Of a stretch of 64,000 nucleotides of DNA, positions 54,377 through 64,000 are shown piece by piece. Position 1 is the stretch's first letter. Each line of letters opens with the position of its first letter. This DNA comes from Pirellulales bacterium (GTDB lineage Bacteria; Planctomycetota; Planctomycetia; Pirellulales; PALSA-1355): contig CAVTBU010000007.1 of assembly GCA_963733035.1 (NCBI GenBank), forward strand, positions 448,001-512,000. The letters are read 5' to 3'. The position numbers were made by a program, and so were the translations under genes. The notes below the pieces were generated by a model. The model saw nothing but the letters and a program-made list of their open reading frames with translations, was not told the DNA's origin and did not search any database.

Positions 54377-56050
54377 TTAATGCTGCAATTTTTTGTACTT
54401 GATCCGATGCGGCTGGTCGGCTTCCATTCCGAGCCGCTCTTTGCGCTGAGTTTCGTACGTATCGAAGTTCCCCTCGCACCAGTGGACGTAACTGTCCCCT
54501 TCGAAGGCCAGGATGTGCGTGGCCACGCGGTCGAGGAACCAGCGGTCGTGGGAGATGACCACCACGCAGCCGGCGAAATTGAGAATGGCTTCTTCAAGCG
54601 CCCGTAGCGTGTCGACGTCCAAGTCGTTCGTCGGTTCGTCGAGCAGCAGCACGTTGCAGCCGCACCGTAAGAGCTTGGCCAAGTGCACGCGATTTCGCTC
54701 GCCGCCTGAAAGCGTGCCGACTTTCTTCTGCTGATCCTGCCCCTGGAAATTGAACCGTGCGACGTAGGCCCTGGCGTTCATCTTTCGCTTGCCCATCTCC
54801 AGCGTATCATGGCCGCCAGAGATTTCCTGATAAACCGTATTGTCAGGCCCCAGTGCATCGCGGTTCTGATCGACGTAGCCAAGTTCGACCGTAGGTCCAA
54901 TCCGAATCTCGCCGCCGTCGGGCTTTCCTTCGCCGGTAATCATGCGAAACAGCGTTGTCTTACCGACTCCGTTGGCGCCGATTACCCCCACGATACCCCC
55001 GGGCGGCAAACGGAAGCTGAGGTTATCGATCAGCAGTGTGTCGCCGAAACCCTTGCTCAGATGGTTTGCTTCAATCACCAGGTCGCCCAGGTGCTTGCCG
55101 GCTGGAATCTGGATTTCCAGTTCCTGGTCGCGGCTGGCCTGATCCTCGGCGGCCAGTTCTTCGTACGCCTTGATGCGGGCCTTGCTCTTGGCCTGCCGGG
55201 CACGCGGAGCCATCCGGATCCATTCGAGTTCCTTGTCGAGCGTCTTCTGCCGGGCGCTGGCGGACTTTTCTTCTTGTGCGAGGCGATTCTTCTTTTGCTC
55301 GAGCCAGGAGGAGTAGTTACCTTCCCAGGGAATGCCCTGCCCGCGATCGAGTTCGAGAATCCACCCGGCAACGTTATCGAGGAAGTAGCGATCGTGCGTG
55401 ACGGCCACCACGGTGCCGGTGTATTCGGCGAGGTGCCGTTCGAGCCAGGCGACACTCTCGGCATCGAGATGGTTTGTCGGTTCATCGAGCAACAACAAGT
55501 CGGGCCGCTCGAGCAGAATCTTGCACAAGGCTACGCGCCTCCGTTCGCCACCCGAGAGTTTCGTCACGTCGGCATTGCCGGGCGGAAGGTTCATCGCGTC
55601 CATCGCGATTTCGATCTGCCGGTCGAGTTCCCAGGCGTTATGCAGTTCGATTTGGTCCTGCACCTTGGCTTGATCTGCCAGCAACTTTTCCATCTCGTCG
55701 GGACTCAGGTCCTCGGCGAAGCGGGCGTTGATTTCGTCGTAGCGAGTCAGCAGTTTGCGAACGGGAGCGACGGCCTCCTCGACGTTCCCCCACACGTCCT
55801 TCTCGGGGTTGAGCTGTGGTTCCTGGGGCAAGTAGCCCGCGGTGAAGCCGTCCGTCAGTTTCGCTTCGCCATCGAAGTCACGATCCTGGCCGGCCATGAT
55901 TCGCAGCAACGTGCTCTTGCCGGAGCCGTTGCGGCCTAGCACGCCGATTTTGGCCCCCGGATAGAAAGCCAGCCAGATATTCTTGAGGACTTCGCGCTGG
56001 CCGTGTTTCTTGGTGAGTTCGCCGATTTGATAGATGTATTGTTTTCCCAT
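54377..56050 (-). CDS. ettA: energy-dependent translational throttle ABC-F protein
   Basis: [18 protein letters not shown], two ABC domains, [10 protein letters not shown] linker, PHRIKYKKL tail. Confidence 0.97.
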   Translation of the reverse strand: MGKQYIYQIGELTKKHGQREVLKNIWLAFYPGAKIGVLGRNGSGKSTLLRIMAGQDRDFDGEAKLTDGFTAGYLPQEPQLNPEKDVWGNVEEAVAPVRKLLTRYDEINARFAEDLSPDEMEKLLADQAKVQDQIELHNAWELDRQIEIAMDAMNLPPGNADVTKLSGGERRRVALCKILLERPDLLLLDEPTNHLDAESVAWLERHLAEYTGTVVAVTHDRYFLDNVAGWILELDRGQGIPWEGNYSSWLEQKKNRLAQEEKSASARQKTLDKELEWIRMAPRARQAKSKARIKAYEELAAEDQASRDQELEIQIPAGKHLGDLVIEANHLSKGFGDTLLIDNLSFRLPPGGIVGVIGANGVGKTTLFRMITGEGKPDGGEIRIGPTVELGYVDQNRDALGPDNTVYQEISGGHDTLEMGKRKMNARAYVARFNFQGQDQQKKVGTLSGGERNRVHLAKLLRCGCNVLLLDEPTNDLDVDTLRALEEAILNFAGCVVVISHDRWFLDRVATHILAFEGDSYVHWCEGNFDTYETQRKERLGMEADQPHRIKYKKLQH

Positions 56051-56255
56051 GTGGTCATCAAATAGGGAGTTGTTTGAGGTCGGTATCGCCAGCACGGCGG
56101 TGTGAGATCAGCGGGAGAAGGCCCGAGGACGGCCACGAACGGTGTGCACTCCGATTGCCGCCGCAGACGAGTGCTGCCACGCGGACGCAATGTATTTTAG
56201 CAGTTCGGTCCCGACCGCCCAGGGGAACCAAATCGTCAAGCTCAAGTACAGCGGT

Positions 56256-57842
56256 TCACTCCCACTCGATCGTGGCCGGCGGTTTGCTGCTGATGTCGTA
56301 GACCACGCGGTTGACCCCCTGCACTTCGTTGATGACACGCGTCGAAATGCGAGCCAGCAACTCGTAGGGTAAATGGCTCCAGTCTGCCGTCATAAAGTCC
56401 TCGGTCGTCACTGCCCGCACGGCCACCGTGTCCTGATACGTGCGCGCGTCGCCCATCACGCCGACGCTCTGCACAGGCAGCAGCACGGCGAACACCTGCG
56501 AGGTCGAGCGATACAACCCCGCGGTTTTGATTTCCTCAACCACGATCGCATCGGCCTCGCGCAGCGTGTCGAGCCGCACCTTGGTTACTTCGCCCAGGCA
56601 ACGGACGGCCAACCCCGGACCCGGGAACGGATGCCGCCAGACGATATCCTCGGGTAGCCCTAATTGCAGGCCCAACCGCCGGACTTCGTCCTTAAACAGA
56701 TCTCGCAGCGGTTCAATGAGTTCAAAGTTTAGGTCCTTTGGTAAGCCGCCAACGTTGTGATGCAGTTTGATCGTGGCGGCCGGGCCATCGACGGCCGCGC
56801 CACTTTCGATCACGTCAGGATAGAGCGTGCCTTGTGCCAGAAAGCGAGCGCCGGAGATCTTCGCCGCCTCGTCGCTAAAGCACTCGATAAACGCATGGCC
56901 GATACGGCGACGCTTTTCTTGTGGATCGGTGACGCCGGCCAGCGCGGTGAGGAACCTGTCTTCCCCTTTGACGACGTGCAGGTCGGTTTTAAAGTGGCCC
57001 GAAAACTCCTGGATCACGGAAGCCTCTTCGGCTTTTCGCAGCAGGCCATTGTCGATGAGAATACAGGAAAGCTGCGAACCAATCGCCTTGTAGAGCAAGG
57101 CCGCCACGACCGACGAATCGACTCCGCCCGACAAGCCGCAGATGACGCGGTCCTTTCCTACGCGATGGCGGATCGCTTCGACCGCCTGATCGGCAAAATC
57201 GCCCAGCCGCCAGGTTCCCTGGCAACCGCAGATTTTGGTAAGGAAGTTGCCCAGCACCTTGGTGCCCAGTGGAGTGTGTGTAACTTCCGGATGAAATTGC
57301 AGCCCGTAAACCGGCAGCGACTCGTGCCGTACGGCAGCCACAGGGCAGGTCTTCGTCTCGGCCAGGGTGACGAAGCCAGCGGAGTTCTCCGAAACCTGGT
57401 CGCCGTGGCTCATCCAGACTTCCATCAACTCGGGCACGCTGTCGAAAAGGTCCGCGTGCGAAGTGATATGCACGCTGGCGCGGCCGAACTCTCGCTTGTG
57501 GGCACTGTCGACCTTGCCGCCCAAAGCAGCGCAGGCCAAGTGCAGTCCGTAGCAAATTCCCAGCACCGGAATGCCGAGGCGGAAGATTTCCGGATCGACC
57601 CGCGGAGCGCCCGGCTCGTAGACGCTTGAGGGACCTCCCGAGAGGATGATGCCGCGCGGCGCCAGTTCGCGAACCCGATCGGCCGTAATGTCGTGCCGCA
57701 CGATCTCGCAATAGACATTCAGTTCGCGGACGCGCCGGGCAATGAGTTGAGCGTATTGCGAACCGAAGTCGAGGATGAGCACTTTCTCATCGCCGACCAG
57801 CCCAGTGCGATTGGCAATCGTGGCCTCGGAAGTCTGCTTCAC
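56256..57842 (-). CDS. guaA: GMP synthase (glutamine-hydrolysing)
   Basis: [33 protein letters not shown]; start uncertain. Confidence 0.98.
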   Translation of the reverse strand: MKQTSEATIANRTGLVGDEKVLILDFGSQYAQLIARRVRELNVYCEIVRHDITADRVRELAPRGIILSGGPSSVYEPGAPRVDPEIFRLGIPVLGICYGLHLACAALGGKVDSAHKREFGRASVHITSHADLFDSVPELMEVWMSHGDQVSENSAGFVTLAETKTCPVAAVRHESLPVYGLQFHPEVTHTPLGTKVLGNFLTKICGCQGTWRLGDFADQAVEAIRHRVGKDRVICGLSGGVDSSVVAALLYKAIGSQLSCILIDNGLLRKAEEASVIQEFSGHFKTDLHVVKGEDRFLTALAGVTDPQEKRRRIGHAFIECFSDEAAKISGARFLAQGTLYPDVIESGAAVDGPAATIKLHHNVGGLPKDLNFELIEPLRDLFKDEVRRLGLQLGLPEDIVWRHPFPGPGLAVRCLGEVTKVRLDTLREADAIVVEEIKTAGLYRSTSQVFAVLLPVQSVGVMGDARTYQDTVAVRAVTTEDFMTADWSHLPYELLARISTRVINEVQGVNRVVYDISSKPPATIEWE

Positions 57843-58157
57843 GCTGTTCGTCAATCCATTTGCAAGTGATTGGGGGCTCCACCCGGCCCGGCAACAAGTC
57901 CACACAGGAAAATGAAAAGACCCGCCGGACGCGACGGGTATCAAACCGAGGATTATAGGACATCGACCGGCGGGCGGCTAGGGGCCGAGGAGCTGGGTCT
58001 CCAGCCGCGAAACCCGCAACAGATGGCTTGCACGCCCGACTCGCATTGCAGGCAGCCGGTTTGCCGCCGCGAACTGTCGACCGGTATACTGGGGCGAACA
58101 GTGATTCGATCGCGGGTCTTGCCGCGCTCCTTTTTACGGACCCAGAGCCGAGTACGC

Positions 58158-58940
58158 GTGCTGATATTATTGACCAACGACGATGGCATTTATGCTCCCG
58201 GCTTGGCTGCGATGGAACGGGAGCTCGAAAAACTTGGCGACGTGTACGTCGTCGCGCCGGCCACCGAGCAAAGCGGCGTGGGCCATGCGATTACGTACCT
58301 CAGCCCGCTGGTGGTCAAGGAATTGTTCGAAGCACGCCAACGGCGTGGCTGGGCGGTCGAGGGAAGTCCGGCCGACAGTGTGAAGATCGGCATTCACGAG
58401 TTCTGCCCGCGGCTGCCCGACCTGGTGGTCAGCGGAATCAACGGCGGACTCAACGCCGGTATCAACGTGTTGTACTCCGGCACCGTGGCGGCGGCGGTCG
58501 AGGGCGCGTTTTTCGGCCTGACGAGCGTTGCCGTGTCACTCGAGTTCAACGACCATGCCGAATTCGAAAAGGCGGCCGTCATCGCGCGGGGCGTGATCGA
58601 GCAGATCCTGGCCAAGAAATCCCCCGCACCACAGCTCTACAATCTCAACATTCCCACGTCGGCCTTGGACACCCCGCAGCGCGAAGTGCGAGTGGTGCCG
58701 ATGGGGTTGGCACGCAGTGGCGAGCAGTACGAAAAGCGGACCGATCCTCGCGGCCGCAACTACTTTTGGGCCCTGTCGGACCCCGTTGCGCACGAGGGAG
58801 AACACGAAACCGACGTTTCGGCTCTGCGAAAGGGCTTCGTGACGCTAACGCCGTTGGATTTCGATTTGACGAAGCGGCCGCTGTTGGCTGAGATGGAGCG
58901 CTGGGAATTCGATTTGTCGGCCGACAGAATCACCAAGTGA
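58158..58940 (+). CDS. surE: 5'/3'-nucleotidase SurE
   Basis: LLTNDDGI, GSPAD, SGINGG, YSGTVAAA, TLTPL. Confidence 0.97.
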   Translation: MLILLTNDDGIYAPGLAAMERELEKLGDVYVVAPATEQSGVGHAITYLSPLVVKELFEARQRRGWAVEGSPADSVKIGIHEFCPRLPDLVVSGINGGLNAGINVLYSGTVAAAVEGAFFGLTSVAVSLEFNDHAEFEKAAVIARGVIEQILAKKSPAPQLYNLNIPTSALDTPQREVRVVPMGLARSGEQYEKRTDPRGRNYFWALSDPVAHEGEHETDVSALRKGFVTLTPLDFDLTKRPLLAEMERWEFDLSADRITK

Positions 58941-58964
58941 CACAAACTTAGCTGGGGGTGGGCG

Positions 58965-59582
58965 ATGAAATTCAGCATGTATTTGATCGCATGGATGTCG
59001 TTGACATGGATGGTTGGTTGTGGCGGCGATGTAGCCCCGGCGCCCACGACAACCGCCGAGGCCCCGGCCCCGCCCGCCCCTGCCCCGCCGGGCAAGCCGG
59101 CTTCGGCTGCCGACGAAACCGAAGCGGTCGCGGCGGAAGATTCTTCCGCGGCCATTCCAACGCAGGAGCTAGCCGCTGAGATGCCCGCGGCAGAGAGCAA
59201 CGCCCCAGAAACCAGCGGCCCGGACACTAACGTTCCGGACGCAACCGAGCCGGCCGCCGATGCGGGCGGCACTCTGGAAAAAGCCCAAGTGGGCGTTGGT
59301 GCCAAAGGCCGCGACTACGGTGGACCCGGTCTTGTGACCACTCCGGTGCAGGTTTACTTTCGAACGGGTGATCGGATCGCCTTCGAGATTCAAATCCCGA
59401 GCGCCATGAAACTCTACAAGGCGTCGCACGACAACAAAGGGCCCAAGACGCACGAAGAGTTCATGAACGTCATTATCAAGGAAAATGGAGTACAGTTGCC
59501 GGAACTGCCCGAGGGAGACGAATTCGTCTATGACCCTAAGACCGAGCAATTGATGGTGCGACATCCGGCGCAGCAGCAGTAA
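58965..59582 (+). CDS. hypothetical lipoprotein
   Basis: VGC lipobox, Pro/Ala linker, AQVGVGAKGR...LPELP..YDP. Confidence 0.8.
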   Translation: MKFSMYLIAWMSLTWMVGCGGDVAPAPTTTAEAPAPPAPAPPGKPASAADETEAVAAEDSSAAIPTQELAAEMPAAESNAPETSGPDTNVPDATEPAADAGGTLEKAQVGVGAKGRDYGGPGLVTTPVQVYFRTGDRIAFEIQIPSAMKLYKASHDNKGPKTHEEFMNVIIKENGVQLPELPEGDEFVYDPKTEQLMVRHPAQQQ

Positions 59583-59645
59583 CCTTGTCGTGAGCAGCTT
59601 GCGTCTGTCGTTTGAAAACTGCCGCCGAGAGGAAGCATCGGGTTG

Positions 59646-60392
59646 ATGGAGCAGATTCTGTTGGTGACCGGCGGCAGCCGCGGGATTGGTGCGGAGACGG
59701 CTCGACTGGCCGGCCGGCGCGGATACGCAGTTTGCGTCAACTATCGCCAGCGCAGCGATGCGGCCGCCGAGGTAGTTCGTGATATCGAAGCCGCCGGAGG
59801 GCGTGCCATTGCCATGCAGGCCGACGTGGCAGTAGAAGCCGATGTCGTGCGGATGTTCGAAACGGTCGACAAGGAGCTCGGCCGGCTGACGGCGCTGGTC
59901 AACAACGCCGGCATTCTCGAAACACAAATGCGCGTCGAGGGCATGGACGCGGCCCGTATCAACCGCATTCTGGCGGCCAACGTCACCGGCAGCTTTATCT
60001 GTGCCCGAGAGGCCGTGCTGCGGATGTCGACCAAACACGGTGGATCCGGCGGGAACATCGTCAACGTATCGAGCGGCGCTTCGCGGCTGGGTTCGCCCGG
60101 CGAATACGTCGACTATGCGGCCAGCAAGGGCGCGATCGATACGTTGACCATCGGCCTCTCGCGCGAGGTGGCCGAAGAAGGAATACGCGTCAACGCCGTG
60201 CGGCCGGGTTTCATCGATACCGACATCCATGCCACTGGCGGCGAGCCCAATCGGCTGGAGCGGGTCAAGCATTTCGTCCCGCTCAAACGCGGCGGCCGCG
60301 TCGAAGAAGTGGCCTATGCGATTCTTTGGTTGCTGTCCGACGAAGCGTCGTATACGACCGGCGCGTTCATTGATGTGACCGGTGGCAAGTAG
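59646..60392 (+). CDS. SDR family oxidoreductase
   Basis: TGGSRGIG, NNAG, YAASK, VRPG. Confidence 0.95.
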   Translation: MEQILLVTGGSRGIGAETARLAGRRGYAVCVNYRQRSDAAAEVVRDIEAAGGRAIAMQADVAVEADVVRMFETVDKELGRLTALVNNAGILETQMRVEGMDAARINRILAANVTGSFICAREAVLRMSTKHGGSGGNIVNVSSGASRLGSPGEYVDYAASKGAIDTLTIGLSREVAEEGIRVNAVRPGFIDTDIHATGGEPNRLERVKHFVPLKRGGRVEEVAYAILWLLSDEASYTTGAFIDVTGGK

Positions 60393-60430
60393 CGGGTGAG
60401 GCGTCTTCCGACGCCACGACGCGGGCCGTT

Positions 60431-60814
60431 TTACTTGGTCGGCTTCGACGCGGGCGTCTGTTCGGCCAGCCACTGCCGGGCTTCGTCAATCTTATTCGTT
60501 TTGAAATAGCGGACCTCGGCCGAGAAGAACGGGTTCATCAGGTTGGCAAAAACCTCAATCCATTTTGGATCGGCAACGATCGCCGCGCGCTCGATATCGC
60601 GCATGTGCTTGAAGCCAAACTTGACGTCTTCCCACCACTTCGACGGCGGGATGCCGCCCAGCGAACGAACCAGTTCCAGCACGCGAATCTTGCCATGTCG
60701 AGTGATCGCCGCTTCCATCCTCGCGATCAGATCATCGAACTCGGCGGCGCCAATCCTACCGTCGATCGAAAGTTCGAGAACGTTTGTGCCGGGAACCTCG
60801 TGCAGCTCGATCAT
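60431..60814 (-). CDS. STAS/SEC14 (SpoIIAA-like) protein
   Basis: HGKIRVL...WEDVKFG..H...ERAAIV...EVRYF...EARQWL. Confidence 0.88.
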   Translation of the reverse strand: MIELHEVPGTNVLELSIDGRIGAAEFDDLIARMEAAITRHGKIRVLELVRSLGGIPPSKWWEDVKFGFKHMRDIERAAIVADPKWIEVFANLMNPFFSAEVRYFKTNKIDEARQWLAEQTPASKPTK

Positions 60815-60887
60815 TGATTCTGCCTTGAACTAGCGCGATTCGTCTTGCTCCCGTTGGGCACCGGCGCGACAAAGCGTGCAACTCGCA

Positions 60888-63557
60888 TCACTTTGGCGCC
60901 AGGGCTGTTACCAACTGACTCAAGTCCACCGGCTTCACCAAATGATAATCAAAGCCAGCCGCTTTGGCCCGGCGGCGGTCTTCGTCCTGGCCATAGCCGG
61001 AGACCGCCACGAGCCGAACATGGGTGAAGGCCGGTTCACGCCGGAGCGCCTCGGCCACGCGATATCCGTCGAGCCCCGGCAGCCCAATGTCCAACACAAT
61101 GGCATCGGGTTGAAAACTTCGGGCCGTCGCCAGCGCTTCCAGGCCATCGTGCGCGGTCGTGATGGTGTGCCCCGCCTGCTCAAGCAATGTACCGAGGCTC
61201 TTGGCCATGTCCACATTGTCGTCGACCACCAGAATGCGCAGCGGTGAAAGCGTGGTCGAGGAGGGCGGCGTCGCCGATTGCGCAGCCGCTTCGCCCAGCG
61301 GCAACCGCACCGTGAACTCGCTCCCTTGCTCCAATCCCTCACTGGTTGCCGAGACACTGCCGCCGTGCATTTCGGCCAGCTTGCGAACGACAGTCAGGCC
61401 GATGCCCAGGCCGCCTTGCGAACGGTCGAGTGAGTGATCGACCTGCGTGAACAGTTCGAATACTCGGGGAAGCATTTCGGGCGGAATGCCGATGCCGGTA
61501 TCTTTGACCTTGAAGACCACCTGCCCGTCGAGCGGGAACGAACGGACAGTGATCTTTCCTCCCTCCGGGGTGTACTTGGCGGCGTTCGAAAGCAAATTGA
61601 CCAGGATTTGCTCGACCCGAACCGGATCGGCAAACAGCGGCATCGACTGGCTTGACAGGTCACAAATCAGCTCGTGCTGGCGTTCTTCGATGGCCGGACC
61701 AACCGTGGCCAAAGCCCGCTGCATTAGCAACTGTGCGTCGACGGCTTCCTTGCGGAGTTGAATTTTGTCACGTGTAATCCGCGAGACGTCAAGCAGATCA
61801 TCAATCAAGTGCGACAAGTTTTTGACCTGGCGATCGATCACTTCGGTGGCGGGGTTGTCCTCCTGCTTGGCGAGCGCAGCCAATTGATTGGCGTATTGAA
61901 TGGCCGCCAGGGGATTGCGAAGCTCGTGCGCCAGCATTGCCAGGAAGTCATCTTTTTGCCGCTGCGATTCATGCAACTCGGTGTAAAGCCGCACGTTATC
62001 GCTGGCGGAAGATACCCGACGGCCTAGCTCGGTCACCAGGTCCAATTCGGCGTCGGTGTACCGGCGGCGCGGATCGGTACTGACGAAAGTGATCGCGCCG
62101 ATTACTCGATCGCGCACCAACAGTGGCACCGCCATCCACGAGACGGGATTGAGCTCAGCCAGGATGCGGCGATGCTCGTCGCTGCGTGCGATCGCATCGA
62201 GATAACCGGCCGATACTTCCTTCAGGATCACCGCTTGCTTGCTCCGCAGCGATTCCACGACCGGGCCGGTCGAATCCCAATCGAGCGGGTTCAAGTCGAG
62301 CGCTTTGCGCAGGAGCGGTTCCTGGGCGACATTGCGATGGGCGTAGGCCACCCGATTGATTGTTCCCAACTCGTCGAGCATATCGACAAAGCAATAGTCG
62401 GCGATGAACCGCACCGCCAGTCGAGCCACGCTTTGCAGCGTGCTCTCAAAATCCACCAGCACCGAGAGTACGTTGCCCGCCTCCGAAAGGAAGCCCAGGG
62501 CAGCCTCCGCCCGCTTGCGATCGGTGATATCGAGCACGATGCCGGTTGTCCGCAGCGCGCGGCCGTCTTCGGCGAACGTCGTACGGCCGCGGGCGGCGAT
62601 CCAACGCATGCCCTTCTCTGGATGTTCGATTCGGTATTGTACGTCGATTCGCTTGCGGTTCTCGAGCGCCTGGCGAACCGCGCTAACTACCTTTGTGCGA
62701 TCGTCGGGGTACACGCTATCCAGAAACCGCGCTTGCGAAGGAGGTGTGGCTGGGTCGAGCCCGTTAATGTCGTAGTATTCGGCCGACCAGGTGACTTCGC
62801 CCGACACCAGGTCCCAATCCCAGAGCCCCGCACGCGCGCCTTGTTGCGCCAGTCGCAGTCGTTCCTCGCTTTGAGCCAGAGCCATTTGCCCCACCTTTCG
62901 TTCGGTAATGTCGCGAAAGAAAATGGCAAGCGTGCGATCCTCTGCTGGAGAAACCTTGACTTCGAACCAGGTTTGCCACGGCGAATGAAAGCACTCGAAC
63001 TCGGTTGTTTCGCGAATGGCGGCGGCCTGGCGAATCTTGGCGGCGGCTGGCGCATTGTCGGCCAGCGGAAAGACGTCCCACAGCGTCGTATCGACCTCGA
63101 GCTCAAGTTCGCGTCGCGAGAGCTCCTCAGCGGCGCGGTTCAAGTAAGTGCAACGCCACCGGCTGTCGACGGCGATGAACCCGTCAGCAATGCTTTCGAC
63201 GACCGAGACAACCTGCTGCGCGCTGGTGGCCGCGCGAAGTCGAGCGCGGCGGGCCATCTCACTGAACACGGCCAGCCCAATGCAAACGAATAGAAACGCG
63301 GCCGTCCCGGTGTCAAACTGAAAGACTCGATCGGGGGGCAACACATACCAGTTGGCCACCAGGTAGATCAGTGCGGTGGCCAACATTGCCGGCCCCAGAC
63401 CGCCGTACCAGCTGACGGCGGCCACGGCCGAGAAAAAGGTGACGTAGTAGATATTGTCACTGAACGTCGGCGCCATCAACGCCCCGACCGCACTCGCAAT
63501 GGCCACGGCCAGGCAAGCAGCCAAGTACGAAACCCAGCCTGACACCAGTCGTTGCAT
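60888..63557 (-). CDS. hybrid sensor kinase (DUF4118-PAS-PAS-GAF-HisKA-HATPase-REC)
   Basis: AHELRNPL, NLLSNAAKY, DTGIG, GLGIGL, VVDD...LDIGLP...KP. Confidence 0.95.
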   Translation of the reverse strand: MQRLVSGWVSYLAACLAVAIASAVGALMAPTFSDNIYYVTFFSAVAAVSWYGGLGPAMLATALIYLVANWYVLPPDRVFQFDTGTAAFLFVCIGLAVFSEMARRARLRAATSAQQVVSVVESIADGFIAVDSRWRCTYLNRAAEELSRRELELEVDTTLWDVFPLADNAPAAAKIRQAAAIRETTEFECFHSPWQTWFEVKVSPAEDRTLAIFFRDITERKVGQMALAQSEERLRLAQQGARAGLWDWDLVSGEVTWSAEYYDINGLDPATPPSQARFLDSVYPDDRTKVVSAVRQALENRKRIDVQYRIEHPEKGMRWIAARGRTTFAEDGRALRTTGIVLDITDRKRAEAALGFLSEAGNVLSVLVDFESTLQSVARLAVRFIADYCFVDMLDELGTINRVAYAHRNVAQEPLLRKALDLNPLDWDSTGPVVESLRSKQAVILKEVSAGYLDAIARSDEHRRILAELNPVSWMAVPLLVRDRVIGAITFVSTDPRRRYTDAELDLVTELGRRVSSASDNVRLYTELHESQRQKDDFLAMLAHELRNPLAAIQYANQLAALAKQEDNPATEVIDRQVKNLSHLIDDLLDVSRITRDKIQLRKEAVDAQLLMQRALATVGPAIEERQHELICDLSSQSMPLFADPVRVEQILVNLLSNAAKYTPEGGKITVRSFPLDGQVVFKVKDTGIGIPPEMLPRVFELFTQVDHSLDRSQGGLGIGLTVVRKLAEMHGGSVSATSEGLEQGSEFTVRLPLGEAAAQSATPPSSTTLSPLRILVVDDNVDMAKSLGTLLEQAGHTITTAHDGLEALATARSFQPDAIVLDIGLPGLDGYRVAEALRREPAFTHVRLVAVSGYGQDEDRRRAKAAGFDYHLVKPVDLSQLVTALAPK

Positions 63558-63746
63558 ACAAGACTCCGCGCTATGATTGTCTGCCCATCTCTAATTCTAT
63601 TCCACTTGGAGGATCACGGCGCACGGTCGCTCCCAAGGTGGCCAAAACAGCCAGTTTTCGAAGGGTTGCCCAGTTGCCACGCGTTCACCGGACCGCCGTC
63701 AAATGCGAGTGCTCCACAATGGAGAGAACGTCACTGGGTGGTGCCA

Positions 63747-64000
63747 CTAACTGCTTGCGCTGCGGTAACTTTTCATCGCGCGCATGAAAACCCAGCGCGA
63801 TAGCCACAGCGAGCCGGCCGCGGCCAGAAGTCCAAATGCCGCCAGCGGCCAACTTTGTCCGGAAAGCGGCTTGGCCATCAACCGGGCGGGCACGTTCACC
63901 ACGATCAGCACCGGGATGATGAACGTGAAAAACCATTGCAGCGGACTGCCGATCGTGCCGTGGTAGATCTCCATCGGATAGCGAGAGAAGTTGGTGATGT
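63747..64000 (-). CDS. ABC-2 type permease, 5' end outside window
   Basis: NFSRYPMEIY...FTFIIPV..VVNVPA...YRSASS. Confidence 0.85.
   Translation of the reverse strand, partial: ITNFSRYPMEIYHGTIGSPLQWFFTFIIPVLIVVNVPARLMAKPLSGQSWPLAAFGLLAAAGSLWLSRWVFMRAMKSYRSASS

Overview
GC-rich bacterial DNA from a Planctomycetota organism, probably Pirellulales-like. The assignment rests on PSD1/planctomycete cytochrome c plus DUF1501, TIGR03067, DUF1080 and DUF1570-like genes. The window contains: (1) a complete F1Fo ATP synthase operon (atpZ/I-I-B-E-F-H-A-G-D-C) with a DUF4870 gene inserted between atpA and atpG; (2) DUF4912, UvrB/C-motif and membrane coiled-coil/BRCT-like genes; (3) a split ebo-like cluster (TatD, alkaline phosphatase family, UbiA, TIM barrel) interrupted by a REP-associated tyrosine transposase bracketed by two inverted REP pairs; (4) msrB and an SNF2 helicase; (5) four PEP-CTERM ORFs, one carrying two complete signal-NHL-PEP-CTERM units in a single frame; (6) a Cys/Met PLP lyase, surface glycosylation genes, ettA, guaA, surE, an SDR and a hybrid histidine kinase. 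No rRNA, tRNA or CRISPR array was seen. Six genes, including atpB, carry frameshifts that fall at GCGC sites. This looks like a systematic, possibly methylation-linked, sequencing error and affects how fusions and pseudogenes in this window should be read. All product calls come from motif recognition, not database searches.
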